64,000 nt of DNA from Octopus bimaculoides. Lineage: Eukaryota. Numbering within the stretch: the first letter of the stretch is position 1; every line of letters starts with the position of its first letter. Where the stretch lies: NCBI RefSeq assembly GCF_001194135.2, contig NC_069005.1:34642504-34706503 (forward strand), given 5' to 3'. The notes under the pieces are model-generated. The model was not told the DNA's origin. It did not search any database and worked only from the letters and a program-made list of their open reading frames with translations. The position numbers and the translations under genes are program-made. Shown one piece after another: positions 40,401 to 53,978 of this stretch.

Positions 40401-43400
40401 GTAAAATTTGAAGAGCAGATAAAAGAGTATTATTATAGGAACAGTGGCCAGTACAAAATAGGGCATGGCTATAGAACAGATGACCAACACTATGATTGCT
40501 TGTAGTAAGAACCTCAACAATAACTCTATGGTTGTTGGTAGGATCTGAAATAAACAGGATAGAAGTGGATATAAAATGGTATGTAAAAGTACAAAATTAT
40601 GGTGGTGCTCTAGCATGACCACAGCTACATGGCTGAAATGATTAAAAGCATATGTGTGTGTGTGAGTATACAATCAGTGTACTGAAAAGATGCTCTTGAT
40701 CAAGCACAAACAGGACATCTACTCCTTCAGTCCAGGGCAAAACTCTGAGTAGACTCAATTTTGATATAATGAACACGCAGACATACACAAAGAGAGACAT
40801 ATCAATGCAGTATTCTATGGCCAGATTCCCTTCCTGATGCCAGTTGTTACTTATATCCCAATAAATAAGTTACTTATTCCACTGGAATCTGAATGGATGG
40901 ATGAATACAAAAATCTCTCAAGTGCTTTGCGGTCAATGCCTATAGAGAGAAGCAAATGTTCATTTTCTTCATTTTGCATCCATTTTGCTGTAGTGGACAG
41001 GTTGGAGAGGTAATGTCATTTTTGACCACAGTATTTTATTATAACCAGATGATCTTCATTGCTTACCATTTTTTGTTTTACAGATAAGAAAGTTTTCATT
41101 CCATTATTTCAAGAGCACAGTTATTGCATGAAATATTCACCAGAAACGTAAGTACATAAACAACATATTTTTTTACCCACGCAATCTCAAGCAGAAATGA
41201 CAACTTTCTGCTGTACGCGTGCATACATACAGATGTAAACATAATCACAAACACATATTACCCAGTGCCTCTGCATATCTTGTGAGAAAATGGATCTATA
41301 ACTAGAATGACCCTTTCCAAGGTGCAGACGTAGATAAGGTTCGGAACACCAACCGCTTCCCATGGCACCAATGCTGAGGGAGAGAGAGAAGTGAGTGGAG
41401 GCATGCTCAGCTGACCAACACCACAGACACTCAAAACATTGAACTTACCTGGTCAACAATACGACTGTCGGCTGAGAATGTATTGAGAATAGTGGCAGGT
41501 GGTGTTGACTCAAAGTGACTGAAACAGAAAATAAAACAGTCAAGCACTCACTTATTGAATGTTGTAGTTAACAGGTAACATCAATCAGTTCTGGTCAAGA
41601 TACACTTAGCACATGCTACAAGCCTTAGTTTATACTTTTAAGACATGGATTTCCCCCTGGCCTACTTAATATCCAAACATACATACAGTAGGCATATAGG
41701 CCCATAACATATACTTGTCAAACCTTCACTCACCAACACACCACAATCACACGGATACACTATATCCTCTCGCTGCCTTTTATACTGCAACTACAACAGC
41801 TCCTGCTCACAGGAACTAAAAAGCTATCTATCAAAACTGTTTCACTTACATCACAGGTAAACTGGTCAAATAGTGAAGCATCTTCTGATGAAGTCGGTCA
41901 GCTCCTCTCACTGTAGTGAACTTTAGTAATAGACCAGTCAACACTGTGACTGCCACACAGCTTAAACAGATGACCATATATAAACCAATATAGTAGGTGT
42001 GGTTGACAGGTGTGAGCTGCAGACAGAGAAGAAAACAAAGGATCAACATTGTTACATTTTATGTGTGATTAGACTGTAGAAGATTGTCACCAGAAATCAA
42101 ATTTATATTTAGTGTGAAAGGGATAGACCCAAGAAGTGGGATGAAGTGGTGTGAAAGGCTCTTGAGACACTGGGCCTCACTGAGGAAATGACATGGGACC
42201 AGGAGTTGAGGTGATTTGCTGAACTTGAGAAGATGTGTCCAGTTAAGAAGAATCATGGTCATCCATACATACAGGCATGTCTTTTGCAAGTGCCAGTGCC
42301 ACATGATGTACACATGATTGAAAGGTGAAAAGAGAAAAACAAAAAAACCACCTACCTTTGGACTGGTGATGGAATTATTCTGATGTATTTCATAATGCAC
42401 AGAGTGTTTTGAGTACATCCAGTTAGCAAGCCAAAGATCAGAGGTGACGATTAAAGTGTGTTTGCACAAAAGGAGTATCACCAATAATAGAACCAGTGAA
42501 GAGGAGCAGAGTTTCAGGAATTCAAAACACATGCCAGTGGAGATTGAACCAAGGTCACGCAGATCCAGTTTTAATGATGGACTTTCTTCTTCTTCATTGT
42601 CCTCTATCAGATAACAAACAGACATCATCATCATCATATACACACACACACACATTACATAAATAGCTTTTTTTTTAGTAATACTTACTTTTACTTTTCC
42701 ATTACATGCAAACCATGTGTGTATGTATACACATACATACATACATACATGCATAAACAAACAGACTATCTACACACATGTGTACACAAATTATGAGTTA
42801 ACCTTCAATATTATATCAATATCAAAATTAATTCCAGAAAATACTTTTCCAAAATATTTAGAGAGAAAGAAAGAAACATTAAAGATTACAGAGAAATCTT
42901 AGAGATATTCTGTAAAAGAATTGCAGATTGAGAGAAATGAATCCACACAGATTCTCCTTTGTAACACAGCAGCAATGGTGGATTTATTATCACCTTCGCC
43001 TTAGCGAAGGCAGATGTATTGTTTGCAGTCGCATTTGTTTGTTTGTCTGTGGACAAAATATCTCAAGAACCACTGGATGGAATCGGATGAAATTTTCAGG
43101 GATGTTTGGCCTTGGGATTGGCATGAACTGATTAGATCTTGGGATCAATCCGGTACCGGACAAGGATTCTGGATTATTTTACCACTTTTTTTACTTAATT
43201 TTTGAGAGCAGCTGCATTCATTTTTAGTATTCCCGTTTGTGAGAGCAGTGAAGTTTATTTCAGATATTCTTATTTTAAAAATCATCTCCGGCTAATTGTT
43301 GAGAGGACATTGGTGTTGCCTTGGCGGGGATTTGCGCTCTCTAAGTGCTCTTGTTAATTTTGATTTGTAATTAATAAGTTGTCAGAACAGATCCATTACA

Positions 43401-46400
43401 TTCTTTAAAATGAAATCATTTAGGATTCATCTTCTTAAGTTGCTACTTTGGTCAGGTGCATGTCTCAGGTAAACAATTGATAAAGAACAGGTGGAAGAGT
43501 AGAACTAAGGAGAAACGGGTTTCCTGACTCTGTAACCGCAACTACAACCACATGCTGGGCAAAATGCTTAGCAGCATTCCATCCGTCTTTACATTCCAAG
43601 TTCAAATTCTGGCAAAGCCAACTTTGCCTTTCGTCCTTTCAGGGTCAATAAAGTAAGTACCAGCTGAGTACTGGAGGGGGGGGGGGTCAATGTAATCAAC
43701 TTACCCACTTCTCTGAAATTACTGTGTGTGTGTGTGTGTGTGTGTGTAAAATCTACAGCTCTGAATCAACTGTCAACCTTCTCCTTATATTCAGACCAGC
43801 TCAATCTTCACTCTTGCACATTGCATCTGATTCCTCTGAGACAAGTTCTTTTTTTTTTTCCCTTCGGTTCAGTTGTATTATTTAAACACTGGGAAAAAGA
43901 CATCTCTTCCGACCAGAAATGTAATGTTTCTTTCCAGACAGACAAGTTTGTCAACTCTACTAGTGTCCATAAGAGAGGGACAACTAAAGAGCGTTAATAT
44001 TCTGAAAGAGAATAAATAGCACGTGTGTGTGTGTGTGATATGCATTAATGTGGCAGAAAAGAAGAAGGTGCATTAGTTTTGCATAAGTGTTTAAGCAGAG
44101 ATTTAACATGTGGTATACAATACAGGACGGTGCATCACTTGCAACTCTTCTACAGTGTACTACATGAAAAATACTACATATTTATATTGACTACCAGTAA
44201 TAGTAGTGATAGTAGCAGTGGTAACAATAGCGAGGAGGGGAGGGTAGGAGGAGCCAGTGCAGAATACTTTACGTTCATAACATGTCTCCTTTGTGTAGTC
44301 ATCAAGGGGAAGTAAATCATCTGAAAAAAGGTGACAGTTTAGAAGTGATACAGTCCAACCGTTCGGTAGTAAATACGGGCATTAACTTACCTCATAACAA
44401 GATTCCATTTACAGAATTAACTGTTTCTGCTAAACAATTCTGGTTCTGGTCACCCCTCTCCCCTCTTTAAAAATGCTCACTATATACATAATATATACAC
44501 ACAACATTATTTATATACATAATATATACACACAATATTATTTATATATATATATAAACTAGCAGTCCATCAGTTAGGACAATGAGTGTTCCAGTGGATC
44601 CAATCAACAGAGCAGCCTGCTAATGAAATTAACATGCAAATGGCTGAGTGCTCCACAGACACACATACCCTCAATTCTCTCAAAAATATAAATGAACTTT
44701 AAATAACTGCCATGACACTGACAACAATGCTGTAATTGTTACACAATAAATACTTTAAAAACGAAACTCTAGCTTTCTCGTCACTGTAGCAAAGAAGGAA
44801 CTGCTGACAGGTGGACGGTCAGCTTTCTCGTTCTGACTAAGTCCTTGGAAATTGGTTTATTGTATAAAAGAGTCGACAAAGACATGGGTGCATGCATAAA
44901 GGCATTCATTATGCTTGCACAAAACACATGCAAACACAGGGAAACATTCACAGATGATGATTGTGTTCATGCAAATATAGAAACCAGAAATAAACATGCA
45001 TGTGGACCCATACACACAGACACAGAACACAGGTATATACAAATCTACATACAGCCATACAAACAAACATACAAGCATACAGCTGAAATTGCTAAAAAAA
45101 ATATTTAGCGTTTCTACATCAGACTTAAAACATTAAACTGTTTTCTGCAGAAAATACATGAAAATCAAATAAAATCATATTCTAAAAATATATAGTCTCC
45201 ATGAAGTGTGCGTGTGGTGTATGGCAGTACCATATTTCTTCAAATAGGTAACAGTAAAGAGTAAAAACTCCCACCTCCTTTAGTCATGAATGACCATGGA
45301 ATGGCACCTAGAAAGTTCCCCTCCAAGGCACAAGTCCAAGCAAGGTTGTTTCTGGAAGACCAGCAGTAGCCCATGCATACCAACCCACCCTCTCCACACC
45401 ACCAATGTTATCCAAGGGAATGACAAAGAGCGATACAGCTTGGCACCAGTGATATCGCATCGCATTTTTACAGCTGAGTGAACTGGAGCAAAGTGAAATA
45501 AAGTGTCTTGCTCAAGAGTACAATATACAACCCGGTCTAGGAATTGAACTCACTACCTCATGATTGTGAGCCTGACACTCTAACCACTGAGCCATGTGTC
45601 TTCAAATACAGGTAGAATATATCACAAGTTTTTTTACCCAGGTGGGCGATGGAGCATTTTTTGGCCAATAGGTAGGCAATATTGCAATTTGGCACAAAAG
45701 GTTTAAGAAACACTGCTTTAGGGTCTGGAACTGTAAAATAATTCAGATCACATCTAGCACACACACACACACACATTATATATTCAAGATGTTGTTAGTG
45801 TAGGGTGTTCCAGACAACATTAGTGACTCCGTCTACAGATGTGTCACACCAACTCAGCGATGAAACATCTATGTGGCCACTCAACTACCTGGAAGCAGGA
45901 GCCAAATCTCCCTCAGATCACAGTCAACTATCTTGAAACACATTAGATGTTGTAGTGCCAAGATACATTGTGGCTGAATAAAAGACAAAACGGTCACAGT
46001 TAGATCACATTTTTGTATCATTTGTTGGATTAAGGGGTGGGATTAGTGGGGGATAAACAGCACTCACATTATACTACATCCTACCATCATAACACCACAA
46101 CCAGATATACACACACATATAATTGTGACTTTAATGTTAGACAAGATACTTACCTTCTTCCAATCCATCATCCTCAAGACTATTTTCTGTCATTACAGAC
46201 ATCTGTGATACCTGACGACTAATTGGTATCCCAAGGTTTGACTGAAACACAAATATATATACCAGTAATATACAGGGGTTTAAACACACAACACACAGGA
46301 AATTCATTTGCAAGTTCAGTGAACCTACGACTAAAGATGACCTTAAATGTGTCCTTTTTTTAATATTATAAAATGTTAAGGAAGACTTAGCTACTATTTC

Positions 46401-48839
46401 TTGCAGATTGAGCAACTATATAGAGACTCCACATTAACTCATGCCTTTAAAAGTAAATGTGAATCCACTCAGAGAAGGCTCAGCACACTTCTCACCTGTA
46501 GCCACTGCTGTCCCTTTTCATAGCTTTCTTCATGTCAATATATATGAACACACACACAAAATGATTGGAGACAACATACCTGTATAGACAGCTTGTGTAC
46601 TGGTTCAGAGATATGGTCAAAACTAGTTCGCCGGTGCTTGTCAAACTCATGGTCAATATCCTGCCTGGAAGTTAACAAAAATACCACACCAATAAAATAT
46701 AAACTACACCTTGCATATATAAATAAATAATAAATGCGTTCTACTCTCTGTTTCGATGTTGGCCATACTGTCTTCCAAATGTATTACATTGTCCCCTAAG
46801 GTATCTCTTTGTAGATCTAAACCCATTCAGCATGTCAGAAATCAACTCTTCAGCATTTAAACTGACCCAAATATTCTTCCTGTTTTATGGTCAAACTGGC
46901 CAGATCCAGTCTCTCTCACCTACCCTACAATGCTAGTTCTAAAAAATATTCAATCACACAATTGAAATCTCAAAGTTACAAGATAATGCTGGATAAATTC
47001 AAAAACATGTGGATAAATAAATGTTACATTTGATAGAATAATCTGAATGCTATATGGTTTTAAAAGGGCAGCATCTTATTTGGAAACTGTTTTAAACTTA
47101 GATCTTTAGAATACAAGGTGACCACACTAAGCAATGATGTGGATAAATACAAACTTGCTACAAGATTAAAATATGCTTGAGGCACATTCAAATCCATAAT
47201 AAAGATGACTCACTGTGTTTTGTCACGGAGAAAATTTCTTGTCAACAGCAAGAAAATATAGTGAATGGCATTCTTACAGGTTTATTAAATATACTCCAAA
47301 CAATTTAAACTGATAACGAGTTTAGATCTTTGATACTTCAGAGAGATTACATAGGAAATGAGTTGAAGTGTACATGTGTGTGTGCGCACGAGTTTAAATT
47401 TTAGATCAACATAGAGGATAGTCACCCGAAACAATCATTGTTTGCCCTGGAACAGTTTCAAAGTTTCAGCCTAGGGTTCACACAAATGTTCTACAATAAC
47501 AGTCTCAATGTACAACAATGATTGAGGGACAGACTCACACTGTACTTACGACACTGTATAGGCCATAGTAATACTGTACGTTCAAAGGACACAACATGCA
47601 ATTAAAGATCACACAAGTTTGGTATGAAAATATTTTGAAGAAGATGGGGTGAAGGTAGAATAATAGAAAATAACTGTGATAAGGAATAAGAAGAAGAAAA
47701 AAAGAAAGAAATAGAGTAAAGTATTGTGATTACAAAAATAACAACAACAACAGCTGAAATATTGACTAGATGGTCATGTGACTACTTAATTCATTAGGCA
47801 TATAGAACAAAATGGTTTGGCGAGAAAGCATTATAGAATTGTTTATGAGGGGGAAATAAGAGGGTCATCTCGTTGGCTTTGCCATCCATTGCACACCCAT
47901 ACAACCTTTAAATTTTAAGGTCTTGCACATTTTTATTGTCCCCCAATACTGTGATTATCTCAGGTTTATGAATTATCAACAATCGAACTTCAGCCATTCA
48001 TTCATCCAAATGTTTTGGTTATAATCCCTATCACATTAATAAATGGATAGAAAGTAGGACTTTGGGTGGGGTGGGGGACTAAGGGATTTGCACACTCTTC
48101 ATGTATGGCTCATGTCATCTCTTTGTTGTAGTTTTCTTACTGTGTTGATGCCGTGTGTGTGGATTTGAGTTAGCAGTTATTTTGTAATTAGCTATAAATA
48201 TTTCCAGTTGTTGCTGTTGTGTTTGTTGTTAGTAAAAAAACACAACATTGAAGAAACAGAGAAGAAAAGTAACAACAGCACGTACAATACAATAATAAAA
48301 AAAAAAAATAAAACAATAATAATAATCCTTTCTGAAATTTGGTGGGGAGTAGGTAAATCAGGTACATTGATCCCAGTACTCAACTGGTACTTATTTTATT
48401 GACACCCAAAAGGATGAAAGGCAAAGTCGACCTAGGCAGAATTTGAACTCAGAACATTAAAGTCAGACGAAATACCGTTAAGTATTTTGCCCAGCATGCT
48501 AACAACTCTACCGGCTCACTGCCTTAACAATAATAAGAATAATAATAATAATAAAAAAAATAATAGTGGTAAGAACCTGGTCAGAAAGAACACAAAAGTA
48601 CATATATACATATATATATATACATATATACATACATATATATATATATATATAAGAATAAGAAAGCATTCACAGAAGTAATACCTCTCAGCCAAACTGG
48701 ATCTCCTGAAATCAAAGAATCAACAGATTAAATATTCCCCAACAGAACTTGACCAACATTCTTCAGAATAAAGTTGCACAACAGAATAAATAAGGATATA
48801 TGTATGTTTGTATGTATATATGTAAGATAGATAGATATG

Positions 48840-48905
<66 letters not shown>

Positions 48906-51872
48906 TGAAAATAGTTTCATTCACTGAAAGTTCTGGCCTTCCCTGTTGTTATTGAGTCTCTTGTTACTGTTTTGTTATTTAAAACAACTTCAAGAACCTC
49001 AGAGAAACAAGAAATCTTGAGTAGCAACAGGATGGAGTTCAAGATCCAAATGAATTGCTTAAACTTTATGCTTACTAAATACTTTTCTCTCTTCTTTGTA
49101 CACCCATACATATAACAAAGTGTGTGTGTGTATCTTATATGTCACTGGTCTCTTCATGTGTAAAGAAGATGTCCATTTATAGCTCTTCAGCCTTTTAAAA
49201 TGGTTCTTCTCAATTTTGTAAAGTAGGGACAGCGAGCACCCACTCACTCCCATCTTCTGCCTCTCACTGGGATATGAGAATGAATACACAGCTACTCACA
49301 TTGAAAGGTACACATACATACTCCCTACCAAACCAACTACAATAACTCTTTCCTAGGCATTACAACCAAAAAAAAAAGAGAAAAAGAAAAAAGAAAAAAA
49401 CAATGGAACAAGTTCCCCTGAGAAACAAAGACAAACTTTTCAGAATTCAATGCCACAATTAGTATCTGTTATGACTGTACATAGATTTACCAAAACAATT
49501 ATAGATGCAGCTAAAAATATATTCATTAAGGCAATACAAGACATACAACTCTGATTACAAGACTGAAACCGTCAAACTGATAATGAACGGAGACAACCCC
49601 AGACACTAAAACCAGAAATGTAGATATATATATATATATATATATAAATTTAAATACTAAGGGTGAAAAATTGAGTATTAATTTAATTAATATCAATTTA
49701 AAACCAGTGGCCTAGCATATTGAAAAATCTGAAGATTCAGAAAAATTATATTACATACATATACGAGGGATGACCACTAAGTGGACATCCATTATGCTAG
49801 AAGACCACCTATGGTCTGACCATTAAGAAGAGATTGTTCTCAAGAAAAAGTATAGTTCCAAAGTTACCAATCACATGCAGCAGGTAACACTCTTGTTTTG
49901 CTGTGTTATGAAAGAGACATCAATAGATTAATCAAAGTGTGATTACATTAGTTTCTAAAATATCTGTGAAAACTGAAACTTCAATGAATCAACAAAAGAA
50001 GGAAATGACACAATATTTGTATTGACTAATGAGTGATGGATGAATATGACAAAAGAGTGAATATTGAAGATAACAGATGCTTTGGGTGAGGTGTAAAAGT
50101 GATATATGAGAGTGGACACCTCAACAAAGAGTTACAACCCCAGGCCATTTCAGTTTTTCAGTTTATATCATACTAAACATAAGTAGACAAAAAGCATGCC
50201 CTACTGCCCCTCAGGTCACCCAATACATGCACTGCACAGTCCAGAGTATTGAGCAGCATTTATAACAAAAAATGCAAGACAGAAGTAAAACCCAGTGACT
50301 TAGATATACTCAGGTTGTGTGAGAGAGAGAGAGAGAGATCGGTTCATGAGAGAAAGAAAGAAATGTGAATACCTGGTTGGTATGTGAGAGAGAAAGAATG
50401 AGTGAAACAGGACATACTAATGACCAAAATTCCAGAAAAGATAATAGAAACAGGAAACAGAAAAATACCTTTCTGGAAGACTTGATCTCCTCCTGGGGCA
50501 ACAAAATAAAAACAATAGCTTCATTACTGATATTTAACATGTTGTAACATGCTATTTAAGGTGATTAGAATAAATCATAGCTACATGTGATATGTTGTAA
50601 TAGACTCTTAAGTTTTTCATTATTTATTCTTGTACAAGTACTTAGACCAGATCCTCAGTTTCAACAACCGACACAACAACCACATTAGTGTAGGAAGACC
50701 TTCAAAGTCATAGCTGAGAATGACAGATCATAACATACATTGAGAGGTCATAGCAAGCGAAGCGATAAGATGTATTGACAAGGCACGGAAGACCACGACA
50801 GGTTACAACAGATCACAGGCAGTCATTGCAAACTAAAGAGATGTTGAGAGGTCATGGCACACAATGAGAAGTGACAGCAGGTCATCAGAGGTGATGACAG
50901 GCCATAGCAGACCACTGCAGGTCATAAAAGATGAAACTGACCCGGAAATAGTTAGAAGGTACTCCTCATTTGATTCCTATGCTGCAAAACCATAGACGTA
51001 GAGAGAGAGAGTATTTCACAACATGACATATAAGAGTACCTCAGTACCCAATATACAGAGAGTACCTAAAAAAGAAAAAAAGGATCAAGTGTCGTTCCTG
51101 AGCCATAAGCTCAAGGCCAGTTTCCCAGAATCTGTGGTGTATACACCCACCCTAGATGGGACACCAGCCCACTTTAGGATTGCTCACTTTTGCCAAATGA
51201 GGGGACTGGAACAACATGAAATGAAATGTTTTTGCTTGCCCAGTCCAGAAATTGAAACCACAATCTTATAATCATGAGTGTAACACCCTAACCACTAAGC
51301 CATGCACCACCACAGAGAGTACCCAAGTACATGACATAGAAAGAACCTCAGTAGACAATAAATAGAGGATTCCACAACAACAAAGATGGTACCTCACTAC
51401 AAAACAGGCAGAACCTTACAAAAGGATACAGAGTTCTTCATTACACAACACAAAGTAAAATTGACAACAAGATATAGGGTACGTCACTACAAGACATACA
51501 AGCAGCACTACATGGTACAGAGTACCTCAAGACAGACAGTATAGTACCTCACTGCAAGATATAGAGTACCATGCCAAAAAAAAAACCTGATGATAGTTCA
51601 TTATAAGGCATGCAGTACCACATAATAAAACATACAAAGTACCTTATTATGAAATTTAGAGTACTGCAAGGAAGACATGACTTTATTACAAGACATATGG
51701 AACCATGCTATCAGACAGTCATGCAGTACTGCACAAGACAGAGACAAACTACTCTTGCTACTACTAATAACACTACTGATCAATACTTACTGATACTTTT
51801 GAAAAAATATCAATATGTATTGAGTACTTCACTACAAGATCTTGTTCTGAAATATATAAAACCAAGCTGTAT

Positions 51873-51903
<31 letters not shown>

Positions 51904-52591
51904 TATTTTGCAACATCCAGCTCACATACATACACATGCACACACAATACTCTACAGATACTGACAATATTTTACTACATCACATACATACACACACTCA
52001 CAGTATACAGCTACAGGACAAGGACATGACCACATGACATCAATATATAAAAATCTATCAAAAAATACCTTTCAACCACATTAGTTCTTCTGGAAATAAA
52101 ATTGATATAATAATGGAAGTTAGAAGATAAAGTAAAACTGATTAATTATTATAATTTATGTGTTCTTGACAATGATGATGATGATGTCGATAATTATTTA
52201 GGATTTAGGCCATCAATTACAAGGAGAGGGATGGTCAATTCCATCAATGAAGGGATTAAGCAATTATATCAACCCCATTTCTTCACTAGGACTTTATTTT
52301 ATTGGCTCCCAAAAGAATGAAAGACAAAATCAACCTCAGTGGAATTTGAACTTACATTGTACAGAACCAGAACGAATATCACACAGTAGTTTCTTTTTTC
52401 TCACAGTCTAACAATGCTGCCACTCCACTACTATCACTACCGACATTGACCCCAGTATGCGACTGGTACCTTATTTTATTGTCTGCAGAAGGATGGACGA
52501 CAAGGCAGACTTTGGCAGGATTCAAGCTCAGAACACAAAATGTCGGATTAAATGCCACTAAGCCTGTTGTACTAACAACAATTCTACCACC

Positions 52592-52628
<37 letters not shown>

Positions 52629-53941
52629 TCTACTAAAGGCACAAGGTGTAACTGGTACTTATTTCATCGACCCCCAAAAGGATAAAAAGCAAAGTCAACC
52701 TCAGTGGAATCTGAACTCAGAACATAAAGATGGACTAACCACATGGTTCCGGCATGGTACCTAGGCCAAGTGTCTTCTACTATAGTCTTGGGCTGACCAA
52801 AACCATATGAGTGGATTTGATAGACAGAAACTGAAAGAAGCCCATTTATATATATATATATGTATGTATGTATTTGTGTATCTGTGCTTGTTCTCCCACC
52901 ATTGCTTGACAGCCAATGTGTTACATTCCCGTAACTTAGCGGTTCAGCAAAATAAACCGATAGAATAAATACTAGGCTTACAAAGAATAAGTCCTGGGGT
53001 TGATTTGTTCGACTAGAGGCGGTGCTCCAGCATGGCCGCAGTCAAATGACTGAAACAAGTAAAAGAATATATACATTATTCAGACAACATAAATACCAGA
53101 AAATATTTGACTCCAATACAGATTTCTGGCAGCCATCTCGACGAGTTCAAATATAGACAGAAGGCCATGAAGTTGGGGAGAGGGCTAGCATTTACTTTAT
53201 ATACCCTGAACAAATATTAAAGATGTGCATCGCATAATTAATATAATGGCTGTAAATGGGATTAGTGAATGTCAAAGTAGAAGACACACCAAACAGAGTA
53301 AGGGAGACTACTCGATATTGATGAAGGGAGGTAACTTGGTCTAAACAGACGTAAGTGGTCTATGTGTGACAGGGGCGGCTAATGTTGGCTAACTATACGG
53401 GGAACGAAGGAGGGTTAACACTATGTGAGGCTTCTCGGGAGACTTGTAATAATATGTGGGAGAGGGATAACATATTGTGGGTTAACACTTCATTCAAACA
53501 TTATATGGTTTGACCAACTCCTCCATTTATGTGAAGTTAATAAAACACTTAATGATTTCATGGGTTAACCCCACATCAATTATCTGGGTTAACATGACAT
53601 TCAATTATTTTAGCTTCTACAACAATAAAATAGGTTAATATCAAACACGTAATGGTTGTTACAATACAAAAAAATCAAGTGGGATAACATAAAATGTAGG
53701 CATGACGAGAATAATCTAACCCAGATGTGGAGTGTAAAGGGGCTAACACTTACTTGTTATCCTTCAGTACCCTTCTCCAGCTTTCATAGAGATCAGGGTC
53801 AGCACGCTTTATGTCCTTCAATCTTCCCTGACATTTGATTTGGTGACGATTCACAACAATTATCTGCAGAGAAACAAAACATGTATTACTATTGTGTGGG
53901 GGGAGGGGGGTTTAGAAATTACTATCGTGTGTAAATATATG

Positions 53942-53978
<37 letters not shown>

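Noticed and set aside
44389-44425. 36-nt candidate exon (tttagcag...ATGAG|gtaagt) in the ABCC linker
   Set aside because: It contains an in-frame TGA in the required phase and the frame is complete without it.
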